This document shows positions 37,557-47,671 of a stretch of DNA of 64,000 bases, piece after piece; the stretch's first letter is position 1; every line of letters begins with the position of its first letter. This DNA comes from Planctomycetota bacterium (lineage in GTDB: Bacteria; Planctomycetota; UBA8108; SXIK01), in NCBI GenBank assembly GCA_965223265.1, contig OZ244999.1, forward strand, positions 640,001 through 704,000, given 5' to 3'. The translations under genes and the position numbers were made by a program. The notes under the pieces were generated by a model. That model was not told the DNA's origin. It saw only the letters and a program-made list of their open reading frames with translations, and ran no database searches.

Positions 37557-39347
37557 TCACGGCGCGGGGGTCGATGGTTTTAGTGTCTCGACGCGAGATG
37601 CGCCGCCTTCTTCGACTTCCAACAGCCTTTGCGGCTCAACGCCTGATACCGTCACCTTTCGCCCACTTGGAAATGTGACCTCGACATCGACGCTCGTCGG
37701 TGCCGCGCCGAGCCCGAAGTGGAGTCGCGGGTCGTGCGAACCGAAGTACCCTTCGCCACGTTTGACCTCGCGCACTTGGACTAGAGTCTCTGACCCTCGG
37801 TGGATCGTCACGCGGACCTTAGCTCCGACGGCGTCTCGGTTGCGACCCGTGCCGATCGGCAGAACCTTCAGCCACTCGCCCATGGGCGCTGTGCGGTTTT
37901 GAAGAACGATCGGCTGGGCGTCCAAGGGGATCAGGACGATGTCGAGGCCGCCGTCGTTGTCGATGTCGAGCTGCAAAACTCCGCGCCCGCAGTGGCGCTG
38001 CGACAAACCGGCGCTGCTCGCGATTTCGTTGAACCGTCCGCTGCCGTCGTTGACGAACAGGAAGTCGCGCTGTTCGTAGCCCGAGAACCGTTCGTCTTGG
38101 GAGACCTGCGGAAAGACATGACCGTTGACGCTGTAGAGGTCCGTGTCGCCGTCGTTGTCGATGTCGCATGCCGCCGCGCCCCAGCCCATGAAGCGATGAG
38201 ATACGGCTGCGAGGCGCGCGAAGCGTGTGCGGTCCTCAGCGATTCCGTCCGCCGCATTGATGTAGAGCGTATTGGTGTCGAGATCGAAATTCGTCACGTA
38301 GATGTCAGGGCGCAAGTCGCCGTTGAGGTCTTCGGTGACGACGCCCATTCCGGCCTGCGCGAGACCCCTACGGTTGTACGCAACACCGGCGAGCAGCGCC
38401 TCGTCATGGAACACTCCTTTGCCATCGTTTAAGAAAAGCGCGTTGGCGTTGGAGTCGTTGGCGACGTATAGATCTACGTCTCCATCGAGGTCGTAGTCGA
38501 AAAACACCGGCTGCAGCCCGTAGCGGCGATCGACATCGTGGAGCCCGACCTCGCGGCTCGCGTCATGGAATGTGCCGTCGTCGTCCTGGCGGTAGAACCA
38601 GTCGCGCTCGCCGGCGAGACCGGCTGGTCCGCAGAACACCGGCAAGCCGCTCCAGGTACATGAGCGCCCGGATGCGCTCAACTCGTCGAAGAGACCCGCC
38701 GCGACGTATCCGGCGACGAAAAGGTCGAGGTCGCCGTCGCGGTCGACGTCGGCGAAGGCCGCGCCCGTCGACCACGACTGCACCGCCGACGTCTTGTCGG
38801 CCAGGCCTGCGCGCACCGTAACGTCGGTGAATGTGCCGTCGCCGTTGTTCTTCAGCAAGGAGTTGCTGCCGATGTTGGTGACGAAGAGATCGGCGTCGCC
38901 GTCGCCGTTGTAGTCGACCGCAACGGCTGCCTGTCCCCAACCAAGGTCGCCGGCGCCGCTTTCTGCCGTGACGTCTGCGAACGTGCCGTCGCCGCGGTTC
39001 CTATAGAGCCGATTCGCTGCCTCGTCGTCGGCGTCGCTCGGGGAAGCCGCCGTCGGCGTCGCGCTCGCCTTCAGTGTGCGACGTCCTCGCGCGAAATAGA
39101 GATCCATCCAACCATCGCCGTCGAAATCGAGCACCGCTCCACCGCACCCCGTCGAACCAAAGATTGTCCGCTTCTCAGTCGTGCCGCACATCGTCGCATG
39201 CGTGATTCCAGCGCTCGCTGAGATATCAACGAACAGAGGCTCCGGGCCGGGCTCCCTGTCTGCGGTTCGATCGCACGCCACGAAGACGATTAGCGAGCCG
39301 GCGGCCACGAGCACGAGCATGCCGGTTTGTCGGGTCAAACGTGTCAT
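37557..39347 (-). CDS. CRTAC1 / ASPIC-UnbV family protein (FG-GAP repeats), probable lipoprotein
   Basis: FVAC lipobox-like site, DFDGDGWMDLY, NRLYRNRGDGTF.DVT, AGMG and NRDAVGAKV. C-terminal G.GY.G..D.RLHFGLG is typical of ASPIC/UnbV. Confidence 0.88.
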   Translation of the reverse strand: MTRLTRQTGMLVLVAAGSLIVFVACDRTADREPGPEPLFVDISASAGITHATMCGTTEKRTIFGSTGCGGAVLDFDGDGWMDLYFARGRRTLKASATPTAASPSDADDEAANRLYRNRGDGTFADVTAESGAGDLGWGQAAVAVDYNGDGDADLFVTNIGSNSLLKNNGDGTFTDVTVRAGLADKTSAVQSWSTGAAFADVDRDGDLDLFVAGYVAAGLFDELSASGRSCTWSGLPVFCGPAGLAGERDWFYRQDDDGTFHDASREVGLHDVDRRYGLQPVFFDYDLDGDVDLYVANDSNANALFLNDGKGVFHDEALLAGVAYNRRGLAQAGMGVVTEDLNGDLRPDIYVTNFDLDTNTLYINAADGIAEDRTRFARLAAVSHRFMGWGAAACDIDNDGDTDLYSVNGHVFPQVSQDERFSGYEQRDFLFVNDGSGRFNEIASSAGLSQRHCGRGVLQLDIDNDGGLDIVLIPLDAQPIVLQNRTAPMGEWLKVLPIGTGRNRDAVGAKVRVTIHRGSETLVQVREVKRGEGYFGSHDPRLHFGLGAAPTSVDVEVTFPSGRKVTVSGVEPQRLLEVEEGGASRVETLKPSTPAP

Positions 39348-41167
39348 GGCGCGGCGGCATCCACCAGGCCGAGGCGGCGGTACGCACGCTGGATTTCTAC
39401 CGTTGCCGCTGTTTCGACAGGCGCAATCTCTTTAAGTCGGCGCCAAGCCCGCAAGCGAAAGAACACGTCCTCCGGATCAGTGAGCAAGGCCGTGTAGGCC
39501 TCATGCACCTCTCGTCGATTCGGCATCAACCCGCGGGCCATGTCCAGAAGACGGCGCGCCTTTTCCGACGAGCCCACGGCGGCGTGATTGTGTGCAAGTG
39601 CCAGGTAGAGCTCACCCGCCTCGTCGAGGCGGGTCGACGACAACCGCATCTCCAGCTCACGCCGAGCGGTCACGAGTCTCTCCAGTTCCGACGCTCTGGC
39701 TTGGGCACGCGCCGCTCCGGCTGCGTCGTTTGTCTGCTCAGCGACTGCAGCCAGAAGTCTCTGGGCCTCTGGTAGAGCCGGAAATCTCTCCGCGAACGAC
39801 CGCGCGCGGCGAAGAAGGCGTTCGATAGAGTCCTCGGACTGCTCGTCTGTGTCTGCGGCGCCTAGTCGGTCGCTGTCGCGTTCGGGAAAGTCGTCGCTCC
39901 GGAGCAGGGCGAGCGCTTGATCGACGCGCTCGCTGTGGAGAAGCAGGCGCAGCGTCAACAGAGCAACCCTGCTACGAGGGCCTTCGGCGCCCAAAGTGAG
40001 AAGTTCCACTGCGATGTCGCGCGCCGCGACGCGATCTCGCCACGCGTCGAGTACGTGCTCAGCGACGAAGAGGTCGAAGCGAAGGCGCTCGTCTGCGGCT
40101 AGAATCGACTGTCGTAGCGCGTTGATCCGTACGCGTGCTCCATCGATGTCGTCTTGCAACAGGGAGAGTATTGCGGCAGCCAGGTCGCGTCGTACGAGAG
40201 CGGCGCTCGGAAGAGGGCCGGCGCTGGGATCGCCAGCGAGCTCGAGTGCGCGTTCGAGTAGCGGCACGGCTTCGCGGGTGCGCCCGAGGCGGCGGTAGAG
40301 AGTGCCGAGACTGGCGCAAAGCAGTGCCGTCGGTGACTCCATGCTTTCGTATGCTTTGCTGAACCGCTGCACGGCGGCGAAGACGGCGCCTCGATCGGCG
40401 AGGGTCATCGCCACCTTGAGCTCGGCTGCGATCGGCTCCGACGTATGGCCGCGCGGCGTTCCCTGACGCCGACTCGTCGCAGATTCGATGTTGCTTGCCG
40501 CCCGCAGGAAAATCGCGACCTCGATCTCGCGACCGAGACGACGACGGTTCCGTGCGAGCTCTTCGTAGGCGTCGGCATGGTGTGGGTCGAACTCCAAGAT
40601 CCTGGCGAGAAGGAGCGCCGCTCTGCGGTGTGCGCCGCGGTGGGCGTGGGCACGTGCCGCAAGGAGGAGTGCGGGAGACTCCGGCGGTGAGACGTCAATC
40701 AGTGGTCGAAGTACTTCCAGAGTCTGCTCGAATTCGCCTTCTTCGTAGAGGCGACTGCCAACATCAATTCGAGTTCGACTGTCTGCGCTAGGCGGCAGCG
40801 TGATCGCTCCACGCGCGCCGCTCGCCCCGAGTGGATCCACGGCGGTGTTGTTGTCGCACGCGGAGACGAAGCAGAACGCTACGGCCGCTGGAGTGGCTGC
40901 CGCAAACAGAACTGCGAGAAGGCGCGGGTTCGTTTGCCGTTCGTGCCGTAGCTCGCATGGCCCGCACGGATGAATTCGCGTGGAGGTGCCATTCCCCTGT
41001 GCTAAAGTGAGGAGGTTAGGTCGAAGTCGACGCGCTGTGGTTACGAGCATCGTGATCATTATGCCCATAGAGACCATCATCCCCGCACTCAAAACGTTGT
41101 CGGGTGATTGTCCTTGAGTCGGGGTCGCGCGGCAGGGGTGCGCACTCTTTTTTTCTTTGGCGCGCAT
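39344..41167 (-). CDS. Tetratricopeptide-repeat protein (start codon uncertain)
   Basis: Ala/Leu/Arg-rich helical repeats such as LG.LYRRLGR..EA..LLERALEL. Stop overlaps the start of the CRTAC1-family gene (ATGA at 39344-39347). Internal hydrophobic segment ends in FVSAC. Confidence 0.65.
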   Translation of the reverse strand: MRAKEKKSAHPCRATPTQGQSPDNVLSAGMMVSMGIMITMLVTTARRLRPNLLTLAQGNGTSTRIHPCGPCELRHERQTNPRLLAVLFAAATPAAVAFCFVSACDNNTAVDPLGASGARGAITLPPSADSRTRIDVGSRLYEEGEFEQTLEVLRPLIDVSPPESPALLLAARAHAHRGAHRRAALLLARILEFDPHHADAYEELARNRRRLGREIEVAIFLRAASNIESATSRRQGTPRGHTSEPIAAELKVAMTLADRGAVFAAVQRFSKAYESMESPTALLCASLGTLYRRLGRTREAVPLLERALELAGDPSAGPLPSAALVRRDLAAAILSLLQDDIDGARVRINALRQSILAADERLRFDLFVAEHVLDAWRDRVAARDIAVELLTLGAEGPRSRVALLTLRLLLHSERVDQALALLRSDDFPERDSDRLGAADTDEQSEDSIERLLRRARSFAERFPALPEAQRLLAAVAEQTNDAAGAARAQARASELERLVTARRELEMRLSSTRLDEAGELYLALAHNHAAVGSSEKARRLLDMARGLMPNRREVHEAYTALLTDPEDVFFRLRAWRRLKEIAPVETAATVEIQRAYRRLGLVDAAAP

Positions 41168-41327
41168 GCCGCCATACTGCGAGCCGGGAGTGAGTCAAAG
41201 TCAACCGCATGCAGCCGTAGAGTAGGGTCGACAAGTGCTGGGACATGACGGCTCGAGTCTGGCGACGTCGGACCGTTCTCAGCGGACCCGGTCGCTCAGC
41301 GGGCCATGCGCCGCGGAGTAGAGACGG

Positions 41328-44300
41328 ATGAAGTTCTTACACGAAACGAAGCGAAAGACTCTGAGTAGGTCCTCGTTGCGCTCGATCCCCACGACGCTCG
41401 GACTCGTCGCTGCGATCGTGCTCGACGCTGGCATTGCCGTCGAATCAAATGCCGCCGACTCCGATGTCGTCATCAGTGAGATCCACTACCATCCCAGCTT
41501 CAGTAGCGAACGGAGTGAATACATCGAGCTTTGCAACCGCGGCTCGGAGCTCGTCGATCTCAGTGGCTGGGCGTTCACGCGGGGAATCACGTTCACCTTC
41601 GATCTGGGTGTTTTGCTTGAGCCAAAGAGCTGCCTTGTCGTCGTCGCCGATGAGGACGGTTTTCGGGCCGCGCGACCGAGACCTGATGTCCACATCGCCG
41701 GGACATATTCTGGTCGTTTGCGCAATAGCGGCGAGCGTGTCGAACTGGCGAACGCTAGTGGCGAGACGATCGAGCGATTAACCTATTCGGACACCTTTCC
41801 GTACCCGACGCTGCCGGACGGCGGTGGCCCGCCTCTCGAGCGCCGTAGCCTGGCGGCTGATAACGACCGCGCAAACAACTGGCGTGTGGGCTCACCGCAG
41901 TGGCAGTTTTACGACCTCACAGCGGCGCCAACCGAATCGACGTTGGTCCTTCGTCTTCTCGGAGCGGGAGAGGCGTTGATCGACGAGCTCTCGATGACGC
42001 TCGAAGGCGACTCGACACCGTTGATCCCCGATGGCGGCTTCGAGGCGGGAATTGAGGGCTGGGTTTTCTTCCCGGGGCATGACGATTCGCGTCATGAGAC
42101 GGAAGAGACCTATGCAGGGGAAGGAGCCTTGCGACTGACGTCGGTGGGGTCCGCTTCTCGTTCGTCGAACGCCCGTTTTTCGATTGAGCCGCCGCTGCCT
42201 GAAGGCGCCGTCGTGCGGTTGTCGTTCTGGGTGCGTTCCCTCAGCGGTGTCGGCCTCCTCGAAGTCGGAAGCCGCCGAGAGTCGTTTGGAGCGCTTGAAC
42301 TCCTCGGAAGTCCGGGGGCGCTCAATTCGGACAACCTCTCGGAGCTTCCCCCGGGAATTCTCGCAGCCCGAACAATTCCGAAGATGCCGACGTCCTCAGA
42401 GCCAGTCACCCTATTGGTCCAGGTAGAAAGTGATGCCGACGGCGCCGCTGTCGCAGCGTTGACGGCGCAGCTTCACGATGGCACGAGCACATCGGAAGTG
42501 ACGCTGGCAGACGATGGCCTGTCGGGCGACGGTGAAGCAGACGACGGCATCTGGGCTGGCGAGCTGCCGCCCCGCCCTCACGGGACGTTCGTCCGCTATC
42601 GACTTGTCGTCGAAGACGCCAACGGACTTCAAGATCAGTTCCCGATACCAGGGGAACCCACGCCGAGTCGCGCGTACTACGTAAACGACACGCCTTCCGA
42701 TTCGAATCTGCCGACGTTCGGCCTGTTCCTCTCCGCGGCGTCCCTCGAACGGCTCAACCGCACGCCAGATGTCTATCAGCCTGGCTCATTTCTTTTCGAC
42801 GGCGAAGTTTATGATCTCGCGATTGGCTTCGATGGCGAGCCGCTGCAGCCGATCAATGCTACGAGCAACAGCGGTAGATACGGCATTCGGCACCGCGGCA
42901 GCAACTCTTTAGGCAACCCTAAACGACCGTGGAAGGTCAAGTTTCCCAAGGATCACCCGTTCGAGCGCGGGGAGGATCCCGAGCGGTTCGGAACGAGTCG
43001 GCGCCGCATCAATTTCAACGCGCTTTGGACCAACAAAGACTTGATCCGTGAGGTGTTGGCGCACGTCACGTTTCAGGATCTCGGCAACACCCATTGTTAC
43101 ACCGAACACTGCCGCATCGAGCTCAACGGAGATTTCCATGGGCTCTACATGCATATCGAACAGCCCGACACGGAATTTTTGTCGCGTAACGGTCTGAACG
43201 ACGATGGCGAGCTTTGGAAATCGATCGAGGGCGGCGAGGCGAAGTCACCAGGAAACTACGAGAAAGAGACGCGCGAAGACTTAGGCCTGACAAATCTTGC
43301 CGATTTCGTCAGGGAGCTCAACCGCACGCAAAACGACACTGAGAGGCGAGAGTTCATCGACAGCCGCGTCGACGTCCCCAACTTTCGTGACTATCTTGTT
43401 GGGACGGCGCTCATCTCGAATGCCGACCATCCGCACAAGAACCACTATATGTACCACGATGTCGAGACCGGCCTGTGGACACAAACGCCGTGGGATCTCG
43501 ACTTGACCTGGGGGCAAAACCACGAGTGCGACGGCGGCTGTATAGGCGGGATGCTCCCCGAGGGAGGATCGGGTCGCGACTGCCTGCGCTGGAAGAATCA
43601 CATCCTCTTGGGGAGTCGTCGCCACCAGAAGTGCGACGGCAAGTGGAACGCGATGATCGAGGCTTTTTTCACGAGTGAAAAACATAATGGCCTCTTTCGT
43701 GACCGTGTCCTGAGCCTGTTGGAGCAGTATTTCACCGTCGCCAACCTTGAACCGATCATCGACGATTTGCGTGACGAGATCCGCGTCGACGCCGAGCTCG
43801 ATCGCGAGAAGTGGGGATCGTGGGGCGATTCGAGGACGTGGGATATCGACGAGCGAGTCGCGGAGCTGAAATGGTGGATCGATCAGCGTCGACAGTTTCT
43901 GCTCGATTCGATTCCCGCTCCACTCACCGATCTGAGTTGTGGGGTGACAGAGCAGCGCGAAATCGAGTTGACGTGGTCGGGCGATGGAGACTACCGCACC
44001 ATCTTGGTTCGCGTCGGCTCTCCCGGTGAGTGGGGAGAGCGCTTTGAGAGCTTTCGCGGCGATGCCAGATCGGAGTTGGTGCCGGTGCCTAGTTCGATGA
44101 GCGGCACCGTGGTCGTGCACGTCTCAGCGCTCGGGCGTGCGGACGTATATACACCGGAGCTTACGTGCACACTCGAGCTCGCGCCTGTGACTTTTGTTCG
44201 CGCCGACGTCACCCGAGACGGTTCCCTCGCGCTCGACGACGCCGTTGAAATGATCCGTTTCCTCTTCTCTTCGCGCGATCCTCTCCCATGTCTCGAGGCT

Positions 44301-44465
44301 GGGGACGCCAACGCGGACGCTGAGATCGATGTTTCGGATCCGATCTTCATTCTCAACCACGTCTTCGGCTCGGGTGAAGCCCCGGCGTCTCCCTACCCGA
44401 CATGCGGGCCTGTCACTGGCGCGTTCGCCTGTAGCCTCGGCGGGTTCTGCGAGAATTCTCGCTGA
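41328..44465 (+). CDS. Secreted lamin-tail / CBM-like / CotH kinase protein with C-terminal dockerin-like domain
   Basis: VISEIHYHP...EYIEL.N lamin-tail domain, IPDGGFEAG.EGW CBM4/9-like segment, LADDG..GDG.ADDGIW motif. CotH motifs RHRGS..KRPWKVKF, NAD..HKNHYMY and PWDLD. C-terminal FVRADVTRDG...AGDANADAEIDVSD. Confidence 0.85.
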   Translation: MKFLHETKRKTLSRSSLRSIPTTLGLVAAIVLDAGIAVESNAADSDVVISEIHYHPSFSSERSEYIELCNRGSELVDLSGWAFTRGITFTFDLGVLLEPKSCLVVVADEDGFRAARPRPDVHIAGTYSGRLRNSGERVELANASGETIERLTYSDTFPYPTLPDGGGPPLERRSLAADNDRANNWRVGSPQWQFYDLTAAPTESTLVLRLLGAGEALIDELSMTLEGDSTPLIPDGGFEAGIEGWVFFPGHDDSRHETEETYAGEGALRLTSVGSASRSSNARFSIEPPLPEGAVVRLSFWVRSLSGVGLLEVGSRRESFGALELLGSPGALNSDNLSELPPGILAARTIPKMPTSSEPVTLLVQVESDADGAAVAALTAQLHDGTSTSEVTLADDGLSGDGEADDGIWAGELPPRPHGTFVRYRLVVEDANGLQDQFPIPGEPTPSRAYYVNDTPSDSNLPTFGLFLSAASLERLNRTPDVYQPGSFLFDGEVYDLAIGFDGEPLQPINATSNSGRYGIRHRGSNSLGNPKRPWKVKFPKDHPFERGEDPERFGTSRRRINFNALWTNKDLIREVLAHVTFQDLGNTHCYTEHCRIELNGDFHGLYMHIEQPDTEFLSRNGLNDDGELWKSIEGGEAKSPGNYEKETREDLGLTNLADFVRELNRTQNDTERREFIDSRVDVPNFRDYLVGTALISNADHPHKNHYMYHDVETGLWTQTPWDLDLTWGQNHECDGGCIGGMLPEGGSGRDCLRWKNHILLGSRRHQKCDGKWNAMIEAFFTSEKHNGLFRDRVLSLLEQYFTVANLEPIIDDLRDEIRVDAELDREKWGSWGDSRTWDIDERVAELKWWIDQRRQFLLDSIPAPLTDLSCGVTEQREIELTWSGDGDYRTILVRVGSPGEWGERFESFRGDARSELVPVPSSMSGTVVVHVSALGRADVYTPELTCTLELAPVTFVRADVTRDGSLALDDAVEMIRFLFSSRDPLPCLEAGDANADAEIDVSDPIFILNHVFGSGEAPASPYPTCGPVTGAFACSLGGFCENSR

Positions 44466-44548
44466 TTCACCTCGCGCCTATAGCTCCGACTTTCAACCGC
44501 CTCGAGATCACACCGCAGCAACAAACGCAACGAAGGAGAAAAACTCCC

Positions 44549-46369
44549 ATGAGGCACTCTGCCGCGATCTGGCTTGTTTTCTTTGTTCTCTCAGCGCAGC
44601 TTCGCGCTGCTGACGTCGTTGTCTCTGTCGACTCACCGATGTCACCGCCAAACTGGGCGCTGCTAGAGCGCGAGCTGCTTCGCGCGCACGTTCCTGCCTG
44701 TCAGGAGTTCTTCGGGCGCTACTTTGACGACCGCGGCTACCTTCTTTGCGTCGAGCGCTGGGGGGGGAACGACGGGCCCGACGACGCGATCGAGAACGTC
44801 AACAATTGGCCGATTCTTCATGCCCTCGGTGCAGATGATTCGATCCTGCACATGTACAAGAAGGCCTGGGAGGGCCACCTGCGCCAGTACACCGAAGCGA
44901 AGACTGTACAGGTTCCCTTCGCGCGTGATGGCATGTACTACAAGGAGTTCCCAGTCATGTTTGACTGGGTCCACAACGGCGAAGGACTCACAGTTTTTAA
45001 CTTGCAGGGGCTCTCGGATCCTCTAGATCGGAGGTTCCAGCGCCGCGTCAGGCGGTTCGCAGGTTTCTACATGAACGAAGACCCGCAGGCGCCAAACTAC
45101 GACCCCGAGCACAAGATCATCCGTAGCCTCTTCAATGGCAGCCGTGGTCCTCTTCTGCGCAAGGCGACAGGGCTCGACTGGGCTGGTGATCCGATCGAAG
45201 TGAAGGACCGGTTCAACGCCCTGCACGGCGAGGACACCTACGCGCAGTTCATCGAGCACTTCAAAGACTACAACGACATCGTCGGCGATCACCCTCAGAA
45301 CCTCGCCGCGACTTCCCTAGCGCTCAACGCCTACATGCTGACGGGCGAAGAAAAGTATAAAGCGTGGCTCCTTGAGTATGTCGATGCTTGGGTGCAGCGG
45401 GTCTACGACAACGGTGGAATCATTCCGACCAATGTCGGCCTTGACGGGGTGATTGGCAGCGCCGCTGGCGGTAAATGGTACGGCGGTGTTTACGGTTGGG
45501 GCTTCACGGTTGCGGTTCCTCAGACTCCCGGGCGCTACGACAATCGCAATACGCATGGGCTCGGGCTGACGGGGTTCGGAAACGCCTATATGCTCACAGG
45601 AGATGATCGCTACCTGCAGGTGTGGCGGCAGATGATCGACCGGATCAACTCCAACCACAAGATCGTCGACGGCAAGGTCATGTATCCTCGCATGTACGGT
45701 GACGATGGATGGTACGCCTACTCGCCTTCGAAATACTCGAGTGGCGCGTTCGAGATCTACTATTGGTCGCAAAAACCCGCCGACCGAGCGCGCGTCACAT
45801 CCGCACATCTGGACTATCTTGAAGGAAGGAACGACGGTTATCCGGAAGCGGCGCTACAGGGCGAGCTCGAGACGATCCGCCGTAAAGTGCAGGCGATGCG
45901 AGCCGATCGCACAACTCCTGATACCCGACTGGCTGACGAGCCGATGGGATACAACCCCGCGACGACCTCCGCGCTCATTCAGCTCATGCTTGGAGGCTTC
46001 CACCCCGGACATGGTGGCCGCGTGCTTCATAGTCGCTTGCGATATTTTGACCCGGTCTCGCGCCGAGCGGGAGTGCCGAGCGACGTTGGCGCGCTTGTCG
46101 AAAAGATGGACGCAGATTCCGTCACTGTCACGCTCGTGAACGTGAGTCAGACAGAGGCGCGACAGCTGGTCGTCCAAGCCGGATCGTATGCCGAACATCA
46201 ATTCGTCGGTTTGGTGCACGGGGAAGAAACGGTCGCGGTCGATGCGCCCTGTTTTACCGTGCGGCTAGCCCCGGGCTGCGGGACGCAGCTCAGCATAAAG
46301 ATGAAACGGTACGCGAATCAGCCGACCATGGCGCTGCCGTGGGACCGGGCGTGGATGTTGAGCAGGTAG
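44549..46369 (+). CDS. Secreted conserved hypothetical protein, aromatic-rich, possibly a helical-barrel enzyme
   Basis: AAGGAG RBS, signal peptide ending AQLRA, strong codon bias. Motifs CVERWGGNDGPDDAIEN, YYKEF...FDWVHNGEG and GKWYGGVYGWGF. I do not recognise the family. Confidence 0.75.
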   Translation: MRHSAAIWLVFFVLSAQLRAADVVVSVDSPMSPPNWALLERELLRAHVPACQEFFGRYFDDRGYLLCVERWGGNDGPDDAIENVNNWPILHALGADDSILHMYKKAWEGHLRQYTEAKTVQVPFARDGMYYKEFPVMFDWVHNGEGLTVFNLQGLSDPLDRRFQRRVRRFAGFYMNEDPQAPNYDPEHKIIRSLFNGSRGPLLRKATGLDWAGDPIEVKDRFNALHGEDTYAQFIEHFKDYNDIVGDHPQNLAATSLALNAYMLTGEEKYKAWLLEYVDAWVQRVYDNGGIIPTNVGLDGVIGSAAGGKWYGGVYGWGFTVAVPQTPGRYDNRNTHGLGLTGFGNAYMLTGDDRYLQVWRQMIDRINSNHKIVDGKVMYPRMYGDDGWYAYSPSKYSSGAFEIYYWSQKPADRARVTSAHLDYLEGRNDGYPEAALQGELETIRRKVQAMRADRTTPDTRLADEPMGYNPATTSALIQLMLGGFHPGHGGRVLHSRLRYFDPVSRRAGVPSDVGALVEKMDADSVTVTLVNVSQTEARQLVVQAGSYAEHQFVGLVHGEETVAVDAPCFTVRLAPGCGTQLSIKMKRYANQPTMALPWDRAWMLSR

Positions 46370-46410
46370 CGACACCGCGCGCATGCAAAAAGTGGCGCGG
46401 ATTCAGTTCC

Positions 46411-47403
46411 TCAGCTCCCTTCCTGTCGACGCTGTTCCCGGCGGCGCGCCTTGCGGCGCAGGTACGTCGCAAGCTTTTGTTGGCGGCGTTCGAAGTCTTC
46501 GACGTAGTCGCAGAACGGACACCGTGCTTGGCGAGCGTCTTTGAGGTACGCGTAGCCGTGCACCGCACAGGTGTCGTAGCGGAACTGCACGGGGTCCCAA
46601 GAGTCGATCGCGTCGAGCGCGGCAGACACCTCAGCCATCGTTTGCGGTCGGGAGTCGGGATCACAGTCGAGGCACTGAAGAACGATTTCCTGAACGCCGA
46701 GGGGAATCTCCGTGATGATGGCCTGCGGCGGCACGACTCTGTCGAGGTCCTTGGTTGACAGCTTGACCGCGTATCGGCCAGTCAGGAGATAGTAGAGAGT
46801 GGCGCCGTACGAAAAGATGTCGGAGCGGAAGTCCGTCTCCCCGCGGTGCACCTCGGGAGCCATGAAGTTGTAGGTACCGATCACGGTGTGGCTGGCTGCT
46901 TCTGGGTCGAAGGGTTTACCGATCCCAAGGTCGGAAATCTTCGCACGTAGATTGCATGAGGGGTCGATGAGAACGTTCTCGGGGCGGAGATCGCGGTGGA
47001 GAAACTCTTGTTCGTGGAGGAAACCCAGTCCAGCGGCGATCTCGAGTGCCCAGTTGAGGAAGTGTTGCGGGTGGATGGGGCCCCGCTGGGCCACCTCACG
47101 CAAATTCGGTCCGGGAACGAACTCGAGTACCAGGAGCTGGTGCACCGTGTCGGCGTCGCGCGCCTGGACGACATTAGGGTGAGGGGGCAAGGCCACCCAG
47201 TACGCGAGCTCGCCGTCGAACAAACGCTGTGTTGCCTTGCCCTTGCGGAAGGTTTTGATCGCCTTGAAGACGTGCCGGCCGCGCGGTAAGTCCTGGCGAC
47301 ATATGTAGACAACACCGAGAAAGCCGCGGTACGCAGCTAGGACGTGATGGTCGCCCCGAATGACTTCGCCGATTGGGCTATCTTGGGCCGGAGTGTCAGT
47401 CAT
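46411..47403 (-). CDS. Hanks-type Ser/Thr protein kinase with C-terminal Cys/His cluster
   Basis: KAIK, HPNVV, LEFVPG, HRDLRPEN, KISDLG, GTYNFMAPE, SDIFSYG, C...DP..RP and tail CAVH...CPFC. Start is ATG 47403 or TTG 47436. Confidence 0.9.
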   Translation of the reverse strand: MTDTPAQDSPIGEVIRGDHHVLAAYRGFLGVVYICRQDLPRGRHVFKAIKTFRKGKATQRLFDGELAYWVALPPHPNVVQARDADTVHQLLVLEFVPGPNLREVAQRGPIHPQHFLNWALEIAAGLGFLHEQEFLHRDLRPENVLIDPSCNLRAKISDLGIGKPFDPEAASHTVIGTYNFMAPEVHRGETDFRSDIFSYGATLYYLLTGRYAVKLSTKDLDRVVPPQAIITEIPLGVQEIVLQCLDCDPDSRPQTMAEVSAALDAIDSWDPVQFRYDTCAVHGYAYLKDARQARCPFCDYVEDFERRQQKLATYLRRKARRREQRRQEGS

Positions 47404-47671
47404 GTGCTCGTGCGTCGAAGCTACTGTCGCCGTCAATGTTCAAGGACGCTGCAGCCTGTCTTTCTCGTGCTAGTGTCGCTTAGGAGATGTGTCGAAGCAA
47501 AGCTGAATTGGCTATATATCGCTTGCCAAAGCTTCAATCTTCGTTACGCTTTGGCTCAGTCGAGAAGCGGCTTGGTGCTTCTCTGATTGTTCCCTATCGA
47601 CACCCGCCGAGAACGTTCGTCCACTTCCACTGCGTTAGACGTCACCGCTCGTCGAGTCGATGCTGCCCTGA

